Shown here: positions 28,877 through 39,945 of the stretch, piece by piece
Layout of the letters: the number at the start of each line of letters is the position of its first letter
How positions within the stretch are numbered: the first letter of the stretch is position 1
Assembly (NCBI GenBank): GCA_034669905.1
Contig: JAXMOL010000004.1
Span: forward strand, 128,001-192,000
Direction: 5' to 3'
DNA length: 64,000 nucleotides
Source of the DNA: Candidatus Hydrogenedentota bacterium
GTDB lineage: Bacteria; Hydrogenedentota; Hydrogenedentia; Hydrogenedentales; JAEUWI01
Made by a program: the position numbers and the translations under genes
Notes under the pieces: model-generated
The model's database searches: none
What the model was told of the DNA's origin: nothing
Seen by the model: the letters and a program-made list of their open reading frames with translations, nothing else

Positions 28877-31800
28877 ATGCAGACAGTTGCCAGCCTGGCA
28901 AAACGTCTAGATATGACTGCGGAGGAAGCCGTTGCGACCCTGTGCAAGCTGGGTTTTGACGTCGAAGGCGTCGAAACGGACATCGATGACGACCAATGTG
29001 ATCTACTCATCGACGTAGACGAAGATCCATCCGCACTTGACGCCTATCTCCAAGAGCGAAAAAAAGAAGAAGAAGCCCGACGCAAGAAAGCGGAGCGGCT
29101 TCAGAAGGCGGCAAAGAAAGCCGCAGCGAAGAAAGCAGCGGCCGCGAAGAAAAAGGCGGCAACCGCCGAGGTCGTGGCGGAAACTCCTCCCGAGGAGGAA
29201 GCTGAAAAAGCGGAAGCAACCCCCCCCGAGGTGATATCGGAGGTCATCGTGGTTGAAACGGAGCCACCGGCTCCTGAACCAACGACGGTGGAAACCGAGA
29301 AAGAAGCCCCCGTAGTGGCACCTGTCGTAGAGGAAGCACCGGTCATCGAAGAGAAGCCGGAAGTGGTCCCTGAAGAAAAGCCCGTACCCGCCGAGCCGGA
29401 AGTCGCTCCGGAAGTTCCTGAACCGGAAGTAGCCGCCGAGGCGGCGACGCCCGAAGTTGCTGCACCCGAAGCCGTACCTGCCGAGAAGACACCGGCTCCG
29501 GAGAGCGCTGAAGTGGAAGTACAAGCAACTGTCGACGAGTCCCCTGTGGCTGAAATCCTTCCGCCAGCAGATCCCGCCGCGCAAGCGGCCGACGCGGAAA
29601 AACAGCGTCGTAATGCCGATGCACCGGCCCATGAGAGCACCCTGGCAAAAGCGGAAATCCTTCATGACAAGGAAGAGGAGCAGCGTGAGGCGAAACCCGC
29701 CAAGCCGGCCCGCCCCCTTCCGACCCCTGATCCCGAAGTGGTTGCGGCGGTCATTCGCCGAGACCGCGAGAAGCGCCTGGGGCTGAATCGCCCCGGTGGT
29801 GCTCCCGGAGGTCCCCGCAATCGGGGTGCCGCAGGCGGCCCCGGCGGTGGACGTGACAATTCCAATGCCCCCGCACGGCCCGGTCGTTCGGCCCCGCCGA
29901 GTATCGAGGAAGAAGGTCGCCGCGAACAGCAGTTTCGTAACGCACCCCGCAAGCCATCGGCTATCGCGGGCAAAGCGGTACGTAAGAAGCCAAAGCGCGC
30001 GGAACGCGCCCGGGTTATTGAAAGCCATTTGCGTCGTGATGCAGCCGCAGCCGTTCGAGAATTCCAGTCGGGCGCCGGTGGTGCCGGCTCCAAGAAGCGC
30101 AAGAAAAAGCGCCAGACCGATGTCGAGCCCGTGGTGGTGGAGAAGGTAGGCGGCACGATCGAAGTCGATGAGACCATGACCGTCGAGCAGGTGGCCGATG
30201 CCATGTCGGTACCCGTAAATGATCTCATTCTGGACCTCATGGACGACAACATGATGGTCACGAAGAATCAAAGCCTGGACATTGATGTCATTCGCAAGCT
30301 CGCGGGCAAACGGCAGTTCGAAGTTCATTCGATCATTCCGGAAGAAGACGCGGTCTTGGCAGAAGAACCGGATGATCCTGCCGATCTCAAGCTCCGTGCC
30401 CCCGTCGTCACGATCATGGGTCACGTGGACCATGGTAAGACCTCCCTTCTGGACGTAGTCCGCAAGGCCAACGTTGTGGATGGCGAAGCTGGCGGTATCA
30501 CGCAGCACATCGCCGCCTATGACGTCGAGTTGGCCGGTGGCCGCATCGTGTTCCTGGATACCCCGGGTCACGAGGCCTTCACACAGATGCGTTCTCGTGG
30601 TGCCAGCGTAACCGACGTGGTCGTACTCGTTGTCGCCGCCGACGATGGGGTGAAGCCCCAGACGATTGAGGCAATCGATCACGCCAAAGCGGCGGAAGTA
30701 CCCATCGTCGTGGCTATCAACAAGTGCGATAAGCCCGATGCACAGCCTGACAAAGTACGTGCCGAACTGGCGAATTATGGCCTTCAAGACGATCAATGGG
30801 GTGGCGACGTCACCATGAAGAACGTCTCCGCCCACAGTGGTGAAGGCATTAATGAACTGATGGAGCTCCTGGTTCTGGAGTCCGAAATGCTGGAGTTGAA
30901 GGCCAATCCGGACAAGAAGGGCCGCGGCGCGATTGTTGAAGCCGAACTCTCTCTTGGACACGGTCCTGTGGCGTGGGTATTGGTTCAGTCCGGTACCTTA
31001 CGTGTGGGTGACGTCTTCCTTTCCGGTGAGACCTATGGTCGCGTTCGGACCATGACCAATTCCAAGGGCCGTCAGGTCAAGGAAGCGGATCCCTCGACGC
31101 CGGTTCTCGTAACGGGCTTCAGCGCGGTACCCGAGGCAGGCGACCAGTTCTTCGTGCTGGAAGAAGAGCGTGTTGCGCGCTCCATCGCAGACAAGCGTGC
31201 CGCCCACAAGCGACAGAAGCGCGGTGCAGCAAGCAGCAAGCACATGACCCTGGAAGATTTCCACGCCCTGATGGAAGGTGTCGAGCAGAAGACGCTCAAC
31301 ATCATCGTCAAGGCCGACGCACAGGGTTCTGCTGACGTAATCGGTTCCAGTTTCGCCAAATTGGGCAACGAGGAAGTCTCCATCAATGTGGTGCACTCGG
31401 GTGTCGGTGGCGTAAACGAGTCCGACGTATTGCTGGCCAGTGCGAGTGACGCGGTGATTATCGGATTCCACGTGACCGCCAATGCCAAGGTCAAGGCCAT
31501 GGCAGAGGAAGAAGGCGTCGACATCCGTACTTACCTCATTATCTACGAGGCCATCGACGAAGTGCAGCGCGCCCTGGAAGGCATGCTGACACCGGACAAG
31601 AAAGAAGTCATCGTTGGCCACGCAGAAATCCGCCAGGTATTCCGCTCTTCCAAGGTGGGGAACATCGCGGGTTCCATCCAGTTGGATGGTGAAACGGTAC
31701 GTGGGGCAATGGCCCGCCTTATCCGTGACGATGTCGTGGTTTACACGGGCAAAATTGCTACCGTACGCCGTGAGAAAGACGAGGTCAAATCGGTTTCTCA

Positions 31801-31903
31801 AGGCTTCGAGTGCGGTCTCAAGCTTGACCGCTTTGACGACATTCAGACCGGTGATATTATCGAAACGTACCGCGTAGAGAGTGTTGCCAAAAAACTCGCC
31901 TAG
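28877..31903 (+). CDS. infB: Translation initiation factor IF-2
   Basis: [35 protein letters not shown]; long low-complexity N-terminus. Confidence 0.98.
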   Translation: MQTVASLAKRLDMTAEEAVATLCKLGFDVEGVETDIDDDQCDLLIDVDEDPSALDAYLQERKKEEEARRKKAERLQKAAKKAAAKKAAAAKKKAATAEVVAETPPEEEAEKAEATPPEVISEVIVVETEPPAPEPTTVETEKEAPVVAPVVEEAPVIEEKPEVVPEEKPVPAEPEVAPEVPEPEVAAEAATPEVAAPEAVPAEKTPAPESAEVEVQATVDESPVAEILPPADPAAQAADAEKQRRNADAPAHESTLAKAEILHDKEEEQREAKPAKPARPLPTPDPEVVAAVIRRDREKRLGLNRPGGAPGGPRNRGAAGGPGGGRDNSNAPARPGRSAPPSIEEEGRREQQFRNAPRKPSAIAGKAVRKKPKRAERARVIESHLRRDAAAAVREFQSGAGGAGSKKRKKKRQTDVEPVVVEKVGGTIEVDETMTVEQVADAMSVPVNDLILDLMDDNMMVTKNQSLDIDVIRKLAGKRQFEVHSIIPEEDAVLAEEPDDPADLKLRAPVVTIMGHVDHGKTSLLDVVRKANVVDGEAGGITQHIAAYDVELAGGRIVFLDTPGHEAFTQMRSRGASVTDVVVLVVAADDGVKPQTIEAIDHAKAAEVPIVVAINKCDKPDAQPDKVRAELANYGLQDDQWGGDVTMKNVSAHSGEGINELMELLVLESEMLELKANPDKKGRGAIVEAELSLGHGPVAWVLVQSGTLRVGDVFLSGETYGRVRTMTNSKGRQVKEADPSTPVLVTGFSAVPEAGDQFFVLEEERVARSIADKRAAHKRQKRGAASSKHMTLEDFHALMEGVEQKTLNIIVKADAQGSADVIGSSFAKLGNEEVSINVVHSGVGGVNESDVLLASASDAVIIGFHVTANAKVKAMAEEEGVDIRTYLIIYEAIDEVQRALEGMLTPDKKEVIVGHAEIRQVFRSSKVGNIAGSIQLDGETVRGAMARLIRDDVVVYTGKIATVRREKDEVKSVSQGFECGLKLDRFDDIQTGDIIETYRVESVAKKLA

Positions 31904-31915
31904 GTATAGGACGCT

Positions 31916-32197
31916 GTGACGATTGGCATCCTGCATATAGACTTTTTGATTGACGGCGCCCGCTCGTTGAAAGACAAGCGGCGCGTCGTCAAAAGTCTTA
32001 AGGAGCAGGTCCGCAGTCGTTTTAACTGCAGTGTCGCAGAAACCGCGTACCAGGATTTATGGCAGCGGGCGCGCTTAACCGCCGTCGTCGTTTCCAATGA
32101 ATCTCGCCACGCAAACACCCAGTTAAATGAGATCGGTCGCTTTATTGAAACCCGAATCGGCGGAAGTATCGTCGACTATCAGATAGAGATGTTATGA
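31916..32197 (+). CDS. ylxP: DUF503 (YlxP) family protein
   Basis: SLKDKRRVVKSL...FNCSVAE...DLWQRA; conserved position between infB and rbfA. Confidence 0.9.
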   Translation: MTIGILHIDFLIDGARSLKDKRRVVKSLKEQVRSRFNCSVAETAYQDLWQRARLTAVVVSNESRHANTQLNEIGRFIETRIGGSIVDYQIEML

Positions 32198-33537
32198 GTA
32201 CAAAAGGACGTGGACAACGGGTTGGTGAACTGATCCGGCAGGAAATCGCACAACTTCTGACCAAGGGGCTCAAAGATCCCCGTATTGGATTTGTGTCGGT
32301 GATGGACGTGGAAATGTCCAAGGATCTTCACTACGCTACGGTGAACGTCAGTCTCTACGGCTCCGAGAAGGAACGGAAAGGTTCCTTGATCGGGCTGCAG
32401 AATTCCTCGGGGTGGATTCGCCGGGAAGTGGGTAAGAACGTACGGCTTCGTTTTACCCCGGAGATTCGCTTCAAAGCGGATGACACCCTGGACAACGTCT
32501 ATGCACTTCAGCGCGTCTTCGATGAAATTCGCGATGAACGAAAAGGCGAGCCCATGATCGGTATCGGTTTACCCGCCGTTATTGAGGAACTGAAGAACGC
32601 GAACTCCTTCCTGATTACCAGCCATGTCAGCCCCGATGGGGACGCCGTGGGAAGTATCCTCACCCTGCGCTATCTGCTGGAAGCCCTGGGTAAGCGCGAA
32701 ATCACCTGCATGTTGGCCGACCCCATTCCGGATGTCTACAAGACCCTGCCCGGCGCTGGGGACATCAAGACGCCGGAGGCCGAGATTCCCGCCTATGACC
32801 TGGCGGTCGTTGTCGATGTAGCCCGACTGGAACGGGTGGGCGCGGTGGCCAACCACATTTCCGACACCCAGAAAATCCTTATCATTGACCATCATCTGGA
32901 AGAAAGCCCCAACGGAACGTCTGGATTTATCGATTCGACGTATGCCGCCACCGGTGAGATCATGGTGGACCTTTATGAGGAATCTGGCAAGACACTGAGT
33001 CCCGAGGCCGCGAAATGCGCCTATGTGGCCCAGGTGACGGATACCGGTGGCTATCGGTACTCCAACACCAGTGCCCGTTCCCATCGCATCGCCGCCACGC
33101 TCCACGAAAGCGGCATTGATCACGCCGAAATCTGCAGCGAAATTTTCGAGCGAAATTCCCGCGCCAAGATGGCCCTGCTTATGCTCGTTCTGGACCGCAT
33201 GGATTTCCGATGCGACGGACGGGTAGCCTCCTCCTATGTGACGAGTCAGGACGTGGAGCAGGCGGGCGGAAAGAAAGAGGACTTGAATGGCCTCGTGAAT
33301 TTCCTGCGCAGCACCGAAGGGGTGGTTGCCGGCATTCTCTTCAATGGCGTCGACGAATCGACCACCAAGGCCAGTGTACGTTCCGACAAGCAGTTCAACG
33401 CGGCGGGCTTTCTGAAAGACTTCGGCGGCGGCGGACACGCAGCGGCGGCGGGGGTCACGATGAATGAACCCCTGGAGAGCGCCATGGAACGGGTGCTGAC
33501 CGCACTGGAATCCAGTGTTGGGGCGGGTAATTCATGA
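32194..33537 (+). CDS. rbfA: RbfA fused to a DHH/DHHA1 phosphoesterase (NrnA)
   Basis: aa 1-115 are RbfA (RVGELIRQEI, KDPRIG, RFTPEIRF.ADD). The remainder has SHVSPDGDAVGS, IDHH, TDTG and GGGGHAAAAG. There is no internal stop. Confidence 0.92.
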   Translation: MSTKGRGQRVGELIRQEIAQLLTKGLKDPRIGFVSVMDVEMSKDLHYATVNVSLYGSEKERKGSLIGLQNSSGWIRREVGKNVRLRFTPEIRFKADDTLDNVYALQRVFDEIRDERKGEPMIGIGLPAVIEELKNANSFLITSHVSPDGDAVGSILTLRYLLEALGKREITCMLADPIPDVYKTLPGAGDIKTPEAEIPAYDLAVVVDVARLERVGAVANHISDTQKILIIDHHLEESPNGTSGFIDSTYAATGEIMVDLYEESGKTLSPEAAKCAYVAQVTDTGGYRYSNTSARSHRIAATLHESGIDHAEICSEIFERNSRAKMALLMLVLDRMDFRCDGRVASSYVTSQDVEQAGGKKEDLNGLVNFLRSTEGVVAGILFNGVDESTTKASVRSDKQFNAAGFLKDFGGGGHAAAAGVTMNEPLESAMERVLTALESSVGAGNS

Positions 33538-34433
33538 ATGGGATCCTGCTGATTGACAAACCGGCGGGAATGACATCCCACGACGTGGTGGATCGGGTAC
33601 GTAAGGCGGCCCAGATGCGTCGCGTCGGTCATACGGGAACACTTGATCCCGCGGCAACGGGACTCCTGATTATATGCCTGGGCACCGCCACCCGCCTTTC
33701 CGAGCACTTTACCGCACTGGGCAAGACCTACGAAGGCACCATGCGACTCGGTCTCACGACGAGCAGTTATGACCTGGAGGGGGAAGTGCTGACCGAATCG
33801 GCTATACCCCCCTTGGATATGGACGCGATCCAGGCCCACTGCACCCGCTTCACCGGCGATCTAAAGCAGGTTCCGCCCATGGTGAGTGCGGTTCGCATTG
33901 GTGGTGAACGGCTCTATAAGAAGGCCCGGAAGGGCGAAATCGTTGAACGTCCCCCCCGGGACGTCCGCGTTGATGCCTTCGACGTGTTGTCCTATGAAGC
34001 GCCCGACGCCCTGGTGCGTGTCACCTGCTCCAGTGGCACCTATGTTCGCAGTTTGTGTCATGACGTGGGTAGCGCCATTGGCTGTGGGGCCGTGTTGGCT
34101 ACCCTGCGCCGCATCGCGGTCGGGCGTCACCACGTGGATCAGGCGGCGCTCCTCGACAGTCTCGAGTCCCCGGAGCACGTGGCCGAGCGCTTGCTCCCCA
34201 TGGGAAGTGCCCTTGAGCTGCCCGTGGGAATTCTGGATCCAGCCGCCCTGGCGACGCTCACCAACGGCGGTGGCCTGACCAGCATGGATCTGTTGGAGGG
34301 CTGTCCTGTGGTTACGGGTTGGTTGCAAATAAAAGACGAAGAGGGTACGCTGCTCGCCCTGGCCCAGGTGGAAACCCATCCGCAAGAAACCCGGATACTT
34401 CCCAAGCGCGTGTTTTGTGCTGGCCAGAACTGA
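33534..34433 (+). CDS. truB: tRNA pseudouridine(55) synthase
   Basis: DKPAGMTSHDVV, GHTGTLDPAATG, CSSGTYVRSL. Confidence 0.96.
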   Translation: MNGILLIDKPAGMTSHDVVDRVRKAAQMRRVGHTGTLDPAATGLLIICLGTATRLSEHFTALGKTYEGTMRLGLTTSSYDLEGEVLTESAIPPLDMDAIQAHCTRFTGDLKQVPPMVSAVRIGGERLYKKARKGEIVERPPRDVRVDAFDVLSYEAPDALVRVTCSSGTYVRSLCHDVGSAIGCGAVLATLRRIAVGRHHVDQAALLDSLESPEHVAERLLPMGSALELPVGILDPAALATLTNGGGLTSMDLLEGCPVVTGWLQIKDEEGTLLALAQVETHPQETRILPKRVFCAGQN

Positions 34434-34470
34434 TATTGCAACGGCTTGATTCACGTACGGAGTCACTCCT

Positions 34471-35397
34471 ATGCACGTGTTTGATGATGTTACCACCTGT
34501 ACCTGTTCGCTTCCCAAGCTGGTGCTCACCATTGGCAGCTTTGACGGTATGCACCGGGGTCATCAGTATATCCTGAAGACCGTTATCGAGGCGGCCAGGG
34601 CCCAGGGCGGCAGCGCCGGCCTGATGAGTCTATGGCCCCACCCACGCACCTATTTGCAGCCCGACGCCGCGCCCGAACTACTCACCACGCCGGAAGAGAA
34701 ACGGCAACTCCTGGAAGAAATCGGACTCGATGCGTACTTCGTCTTGCCCTTCAACAAGACCATCGCCGAAATGGATCGGGAAGCCTTTCTCCGGGAGATC
34801 GTGATTGGCAAGTGCCGGGCCCGGACCCTGGTCGTTGGCCACGATTTCTCCTTTGGCGCCGGGGCGCGGGGAGACTTCGCCTATCTGCAGGGTGCCGCCG
34901 CACCATTGGGGCTGGAAGTAACCCAACTCCCACCTCTCGAAGAGGGGAAAGAGCGCATCAGCAGTACCCTCATACGTGCAGAAGTCAACGCCGGGAGAAT
35001 GGAGCGGGTACACCAGCTTCTGGGGCGACCCTATTGCCTCACAGGTCCAGTTATTCAGGGGCGTGGTCTGGGCAAAGGCCTGGGATTCCCGACTGCCAAC
35101 GTGGCCCCGCCCGAAAATATGTTACCGGCTTTCGGTATTTACGCCGCCCGGGTCTACTGGGACGATTCCGAAGCGCTTGGTGCTGTAAATATTGGTTTGG
35201 CACCAACCTTGACCCATGCGAGTCCAATGATAGAAGTTCATCTATTGGATCACGACGTATCGCTGGTCGACAAGACCCTTCGGGTGGCGTTGTACCATCG
35301 CCTTCGGGGGGAAAAGAAGTTCCCCGATATCCCTTCGTTGAAAGAGGCCATCAAAAAGGATATAGTTGAAATCCGACGCTATTTTGATAGCGCCTGA
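34471..35397 (+). CDS. ribF: Riboflavin kinase / FAD synthetase
   Basis: IGSFDGMHRGH, VGHDFSFG, ISST.IR, LGFPTAN, IEVHLLD. Confidence 0.96.
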   Translation: MHVFDDVTTCTCSLPKLVLTIGSFDGMHRGHQYILKTVIEAARAQGGSAGLMSLWPHPRTYLQPDAAPELLTTPEEKRQLLEEIGLDAYFVLPFNKTIAEMDREAFLREIVIGKCRARTLVVGHDFSFGAGARGDFAYLQGAAAPLGLEVTQLPPLEEGKERISSTLIRAEVNAGRMERVHQLLGRPYCLTGPVIQGRGLGKGLGFPTANVAPPENMLPAFGIYAARVYWDDSEALGAVNIGLAPTLTHASPMIEVHLLDHDVSLVDKTLRVALYHRLRGEKKFPDIPSLKEAIKKDIVEIRRYFDSA

Positions 35398-35589
35398 CGA
35401 GATTGCGGCAAATTGTAGTGATCACAAGCGGCCTCCTGTGCCATTGCAGTGTGAAGCCCTTCTAGAGGAACTTCCGTGGGCTTTCGGGGTTTAATGGAAT
35501 TCATGCCAACCGCATGACAGTAATCCCCGAACGTTTGGATAGCGGCCATGTGTCCCCTCCAGACATCACTTCGTAGAAATTGTGTGTGT

Positions 35590-37473
35590 ATGAGTAGTTT
35601 TCTGAGAAATACCCCTTCTTCGATTGTATCTCGGCCGAGAGCCCTTGCCCGTCAGGCTGGCCCCGTCGGACTGGTGGGATGCACCATCGTTGTGCTGCTT
35701 TCATCCTGCACCACCACCCACTATAAAGCCAGTGCGGACCGTGAAGTGTATGAGATCATCGACGAGAAGTCGGATGCCGTCGTGGGGATGACCGAAGATT
35801 TCAGCATCGATACCCCCGAGGAAGTCGACCTGCTTGAAGGGCTGCCCCGTATGGTAGTCGATGAACCCGCACTCGGCGAATCCGAGATTGTGGGGGCGGA
35901 GGCCGCCCGCCTTTCGCTGGAAGATGCCCTTCGCCTGGCGGTGACCAACAGCCGAACGTACCAGAATCGAAAAGAGAATCTTTATCTGGCGGCCCTCTCG
36001 CTCACCCTCGATCGACACCGCTACACGCCTGTTTTTTCTGCCGGTGCCTCCGCAGATTATGGCCGTAGCACGACCGATGTAACTGTACCTACCGATCTGA
36101 GTGGAGCCCTGGCGGCAGGCGGGGTCGTCATCGACGAGCTGGAAGCGCTGACCGGCACAACGGCCGACTTGCTCAATGCCTACGCGGCAGTTGTGGAGAA
36201 TGCGGGCGACGTGGCGGGGCTGACGGGAACCCAAACCGAAATTGTGAGCGATCGCTCGGTGGCGGGCACCACGCAGGTTGGCGTGGACTGGCTCTTTGAA
36301 GGCGGGGGACGAATCGCCCTGAATCTCACCTCCAATTTCCTGCGCTATCTGGCGGGCGACACGGGCACCTTCAGTTCGTCCCTGTTGTCCGGTTCGCTCA
36401 CCCAACCGTTGCTCCGTGGCGCAGGTTCCAAAGTGGCGGCGGAACGGCTGACCCAGGCCGAGCGGGATGTATTGTATTCCCTGCGCGATTTCAGCCGTTT
36501 TCGGAAGCAGTTTGCCGTTCAGGTCTGTGCCTCCTATTATGGCGTGTTGCAAGACCTCGACGCCGTGCGCAACAACTGGAACAGCTATCAGAATTTCAAG
36601 CGTAACGCCGAGCGCGAAAGTGATTTCGCAGAGGAAGGACGCAGCACCCTGGCGAGTGTCGGTCGACAGGAGGCGGCCGTGTTGAGCGCCGAGAATCGCT
36701 GGATCAATTCCGTGCGCAGCTATCAGGAAGGCCTCGATGAGTTCAAAATACTCCTGGGCCTTTCCACGGCGACGGCCGTCGTGTTAGACAATGGTGAGCT
36801 CGATTCCCTGCGTGAGGAGGGACTCAAACATCCCTCTATCCCGATGGAAGATGCGGTCGAAGTCGCCTTCAATGCCCGACTGGATCTCTATACCGTCCGC
36901 GATGAATTGGAGGATGCGGGGCGCATTGTGGATGTGGCGGCCAACTCCTTGCTTCCCGATGTGGATCTGGTGGCAGGGGCTTCGGTGCGCACCGCGGGTG
37001 AGGACAACGCGCAGCAGCTGGATTTCCGCCGGACGAATTGGAATGCGGGGCTGGATGTGGACTTACCCCTGGACCGAAAGGCAGAGCGCAATGCGTATCG
37101 CCGGGCCCTCATCGCCTATGAGCGCGCCCAGCGCGATCTGTCTCTCGCGGAGGATTCCATTTCACTGGATGTCCGTAGTGCGTGGCGTAATCTGGAGTCT
37201 GCACGGCGAAACTATCTGATTGCGCAGAAAAGTGTAGAATTGAATTTACGACGGGTTGAAGAGCAGGAACTGCTGGCCGAATTGGGCCGGGGCTCTGCGC
37301 TTGACCAGGTCGATGCCCAAAACAACCTTACCGAATCCCAAAACGGACTGACCGCTTCGCTTATCAGTCATACCCTGGCCCGCCTCCAATTCTGGCTCGA
37401 TATGGGTATCCTGTATATCAAAGAAGACGGCCAATGGGAGGAGATTTCAAATGACTTCCAACGTGAATCCTGA
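35590..37473 (+). CDS. TolC/outer-membrane efflux family lipoprotein
   Basis: Lipobox LLSSC, LSLEDALRLA, LTQPLLRG, helical repeats; first gene of the exporter operon. The start is uncertain (35548 or later). Confidence 0.8.
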   Translation: MSSFLRNTPSSIVSRPRALARQAGPVGLVGCTIVVLLSSCTTTHYKASADREVYEIIDEKSDAVVGMTEDFSIDTPEEVDLLEGLPRMVVDEPALGESEIVGAEAARLSLEDALRLAVTNSRTYQNRKENLYLAALSLTLDRHRYTPVFSAGASADYGRSTTDVTVPTDLSGALAAGGVVIDELEALTGTTADLLNAYAAVVENAGDVAGLTGTQTEIVSDRSVAGTTQVGVDWLFEGGGRIALNLTSNFLRYLAGDTGTFSSSLLSGSLTQPLLRGAGSKVAAERLTQAERDVLYSLRDFSRFRKQFAVQVCASYYGVLQDLDAVRNNWNSYQNFKRNAERESDFAEEGRSTLASVGRQEAAVLSAENRWINSVRSYQEGLDEFKILLGLSTATAVVLDNGELDSLREEGLKHPSIPMEDAVEVAFNARLDLYTVRDELEDAGRIVDVAANSLLPDVDLVAGASVRTAGEDNAQQLDFRRTNWNAGLDVDLPLDRKAERNAYRRALIAYERAQRDLSLAEDSISLDVRSAWRNLESARRNYLIAQKSVELNLRRVEEQELLAELGRGSALDQVDAQNNLTESQNGLTASLISHTLARLQFWLDMGILYIKEDGQWEEISNDFQRES

Positions 37474-39247
37474 ATCAGCGCTAACTGGCAAGAAGAAATC
37501 GAAGCGCGGACGCTACCTGATTGTTGTGGCGGTGCTGGTCGTACTTGTCGGCTACTTCGTCTTTGGTACCGACGATTCGGAGCAGGTGAGCCGGGGCACC
37601 ACCGTGCAAGCGACCCGGGGCACCCTGGAAATCACCGTGGTAGAGGGGGGCAGCGTGGAGGCCAAGGAGTCCCAGGAGCTGAAAAGCGAAGTTCAGGGCC
37701 AGACGAAAATCCTTTCGATCGTGGAGGAAGGATATACCGTTACAGCGCAGGACGTGGCCGAGGGGAAGCTGCTGGTTGAATTGGATTCAAAGGAGCTCAT
37801 TGACCGACTTACGGAGCAGGAGCTTCAGTATCAGAATGCCCTGGCGAGTTTTACCGAAGCCCGTGAAGAACACGGCATTCAAATTAACCAGAATCAGAGT
37901 GACGTCAAGGCGGCCGAACTTGAAAGCAAGTTCGCCCTGATGGATTTAAAAAAGTTTCTGGGGGAAGATGTAGCGGCAGAAATCGCGGCCAAAGTCGATG
38001 AGAACTTCTACGCCAATCAGCCACTCCCGGCTGCCGGTAGTGAGCGGGAGGACTTGCCGGACGATGAGGGAGCAGATGCGCAGGCGGTGACGCGCGACCC
38101 GGAGACGGGACGTATCCACATGGAAAGTGCCAGTGCCCAGGATGTGGAGATAGACTTCAGCAAGTATGTCAACCGTGAAAATCTTGGGGACGGAGAGGCC
38201 CGCCAAAAGCTCCTGAAGCTGGACAGCGATGTGGATCTGGCGCAGGAGGATGTGGGGCTGGCAGAGTCCAAGCTGGAAGGCACCCGTCGTCTGTATCAGA
38301 AAGACTTCGTAACAAAGATTGAGCTCGAGAACGACGAGTTGGCGCTGAAGCGAAAGGCTATCAACAAGGAATCGGCCGAGACCGATATCGACCTCTATGT
38401 GAAGTATGAGTTTCCCAAGCAGGCCGAAAAATTGCTCTCCGATTACGAGGAGTCTCTCCGCAAACTGCAGCGGGCCCGGAAGCTTGCCGTATCCAAGATG
38501 GCCCAGGCCGAGGCCAAGTTGAATTCGGCGGAGGCCCGCTTTGAACTGCAGAGCCGTAAGCGGGAAGAATTAAAAGAGCAGATTGAGAAGTGCGAGATCC
38601 GCGCCACCAAGCCCGGCCTGGTCGTTTACGGGGAAGGCAATCGCAGCTACTACCGTAACAATGACCGCATCGAAGAAGGCGCCTCCGTCCGCGAACGTCA
38701 GGTCATCATTACCATACCGGACACCACCCAGATGACCGTGGATGTAAAGGTCCACGAATCCTATGTAAAACGGGTCGAGAAGGGCCAACGTGCCCGGGTC
38801 CGCGTAGATGCTTTCCCGGATATCGTGCTCGAAGGTGAAGTCTTCAAGATTGGGGTCCTTCCCGATTCACAGAACCGCTGGATGAACCCGGACCTGAAAG
38901 TCTATTCCACGACGATCCTGATCGAAGGACAGCATGATTGGCTGAAGCCCGGCATGAGTGCGGAAGGGGAGATTATTATTGAAACCCTGGACGACGTGGT
39001 GATGGTGCCTCTCCAGGCGGTGAACCAGGAGAAAGGGGAGACCGTCGTCTATCTGGCCGATCGCGGCATGGAACGGCGTGTTGTGGAGACTGGTTCCTTT
39101 AACACGAGTTTCATCGAGATCAAGTCCGGCCTCGAAGGCGGCGAAACCGTCGCACTTCGAGCGCCCACCTCTTCGGAACGCGGCAAAGATGACGACGCTG
39201 AAGATGAGACCGAACCGGAAGAGACGATAGGGGACGAAGCCGCCTGA
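37451..39247 (+). CDS. HlyD/MacA-type periplasmic adaptor with extended coiled coil
   Basis: N-terminal TM, lipoyl halves (IVEEG..V, IRA..PGLVVY), LKPGMSA, VPLQAV, IKSGLEGGE.V. Confidence 0.88.
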   Translation: MTSNVNPESALTGKKKSKRGRYLIVVAVLVVLVGYFVFGTDDSEQVSRGTTVQATRGTLEITVVEGGSVEAKESQELKSEVQGQTKILSIVEEGYTVTAQDVAEGKLLVELDSKELIDRLTEQELQYQNALASFTEAREEHGIQINQNQSDVKAAELESKFALMDLKKFLGEDVAAEIAAKVDENFYANQPLPAAGSEREDLPDDEGADAQAVTRDPETGRIHMESASAQDVEIDFSKYVNRENLGDGEARQKLLKLDSDVDLAQEDVGLAESKLEGTRRLYQKDFVTKIELENDELALKRKAINKESAETDIDLYVKYEFPKQAEKLLSDYEESLRKLQRARKLAVSKMAQAEAKLNSAEARFELQSRKREELKEQIEKCEIRATKPGLVVYGEGNRSYYRNNDRIEEGASVRERQVIITIPDTTQMTVDVKVHESYVKRVEKGQRARVRVDAFPDIVLEGEVFKIGVLPDSQNRWMNPDLKVYSTTILIEGQHDWLKPGMSAEGEIIIETLDDVVMVPLQAVNQEKGETVVYLADRGMERRVVETGSFNTSFIEIKSGLEGGETVALRAPTSSERGKDDDAEDETEPEETIGDEAA

Positions 39248-39945
39248 TGTCTGTTGCCGTCGCCAGTATTGTTCGCCTCGATCACGTGAAGAAAACCTAC
39301 CAGATGGGTTCGGAAACCCTGGATGCCCTGGGTGGTGTGAATCTCGATATCCTGGAAGGAGAGTATGTCGCCATCATGGGGCCATCGGGCTGTGGTAAGT
39401 CCACCATGCTCAATATCCTCGGTTGTCTTGACCGTCCCTCGTCCGGCCACTATATTCTCGGCGACGTGGATGTTTCCCGTATGGAGGATGACGATCTATC
39501 GGATATCCGAGGCAGCAAGCTCGGATTTATTTTCCAGTCCTATAACCTCATCCAACAACTCACGGTTATCGAAAACATTGAAGTTCCCCTGTATTACCAG
39601 GGCATTGACGCCGAAGTAAGCCGTGAAATTGCCGTGGAAATGGCGACCAAAGTGGGCCTCGGTCATCGCCTGGACCACAAGCCTTTTGAGCTTTCCGGTG
39701 GTCAACAACAACGCGTGGGCATTGCCCGTGCGCTCGTGAATGACCCCATCGTCTTATTGGCGGATGAGCCCACCGGCAACCTGGATTCCCGCTCCGGGGC
39801 AGAAATTCTGGATCTCTTCGACGAGCTCCACGGACAGGGAAAAACAATTATCATGGTGACCCACGACGATGAGATCGGCGAGCACTCCCAGCGGGTCGTC
39901 CGCCTCCGTGATGGGATGATAGAGTCGGATATTCGCAATGGATAA
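39247..39945 (+). CDS. MacB/LolD-type ABC transporter ATP-binding protein
   Basis: GPSGCGKST, LSGGQQQRV, LADEPTGNLD, VTHD. Confidence 0.95.
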   Translation: MSVAVASIVRLDHVKKTYQMGSETLDALGGVNLDILEGEYVAIMGPSGCGKSTMLNILGCLDRPSSGHYILGDVDVSRMEDDDLSDIRGSKLGFIFQSYNLIQQLTVIENIEVPLYYQGIDAEVSREIAVEMATKVGLGHRLDHKPFELSGGQQQRVGIARALVNDPIVLLADEPTGNLDSRSGAEILDLFDELHGQGKTIIMVTHDDEIGEHSQRVVRLRDGMIESDIRNG

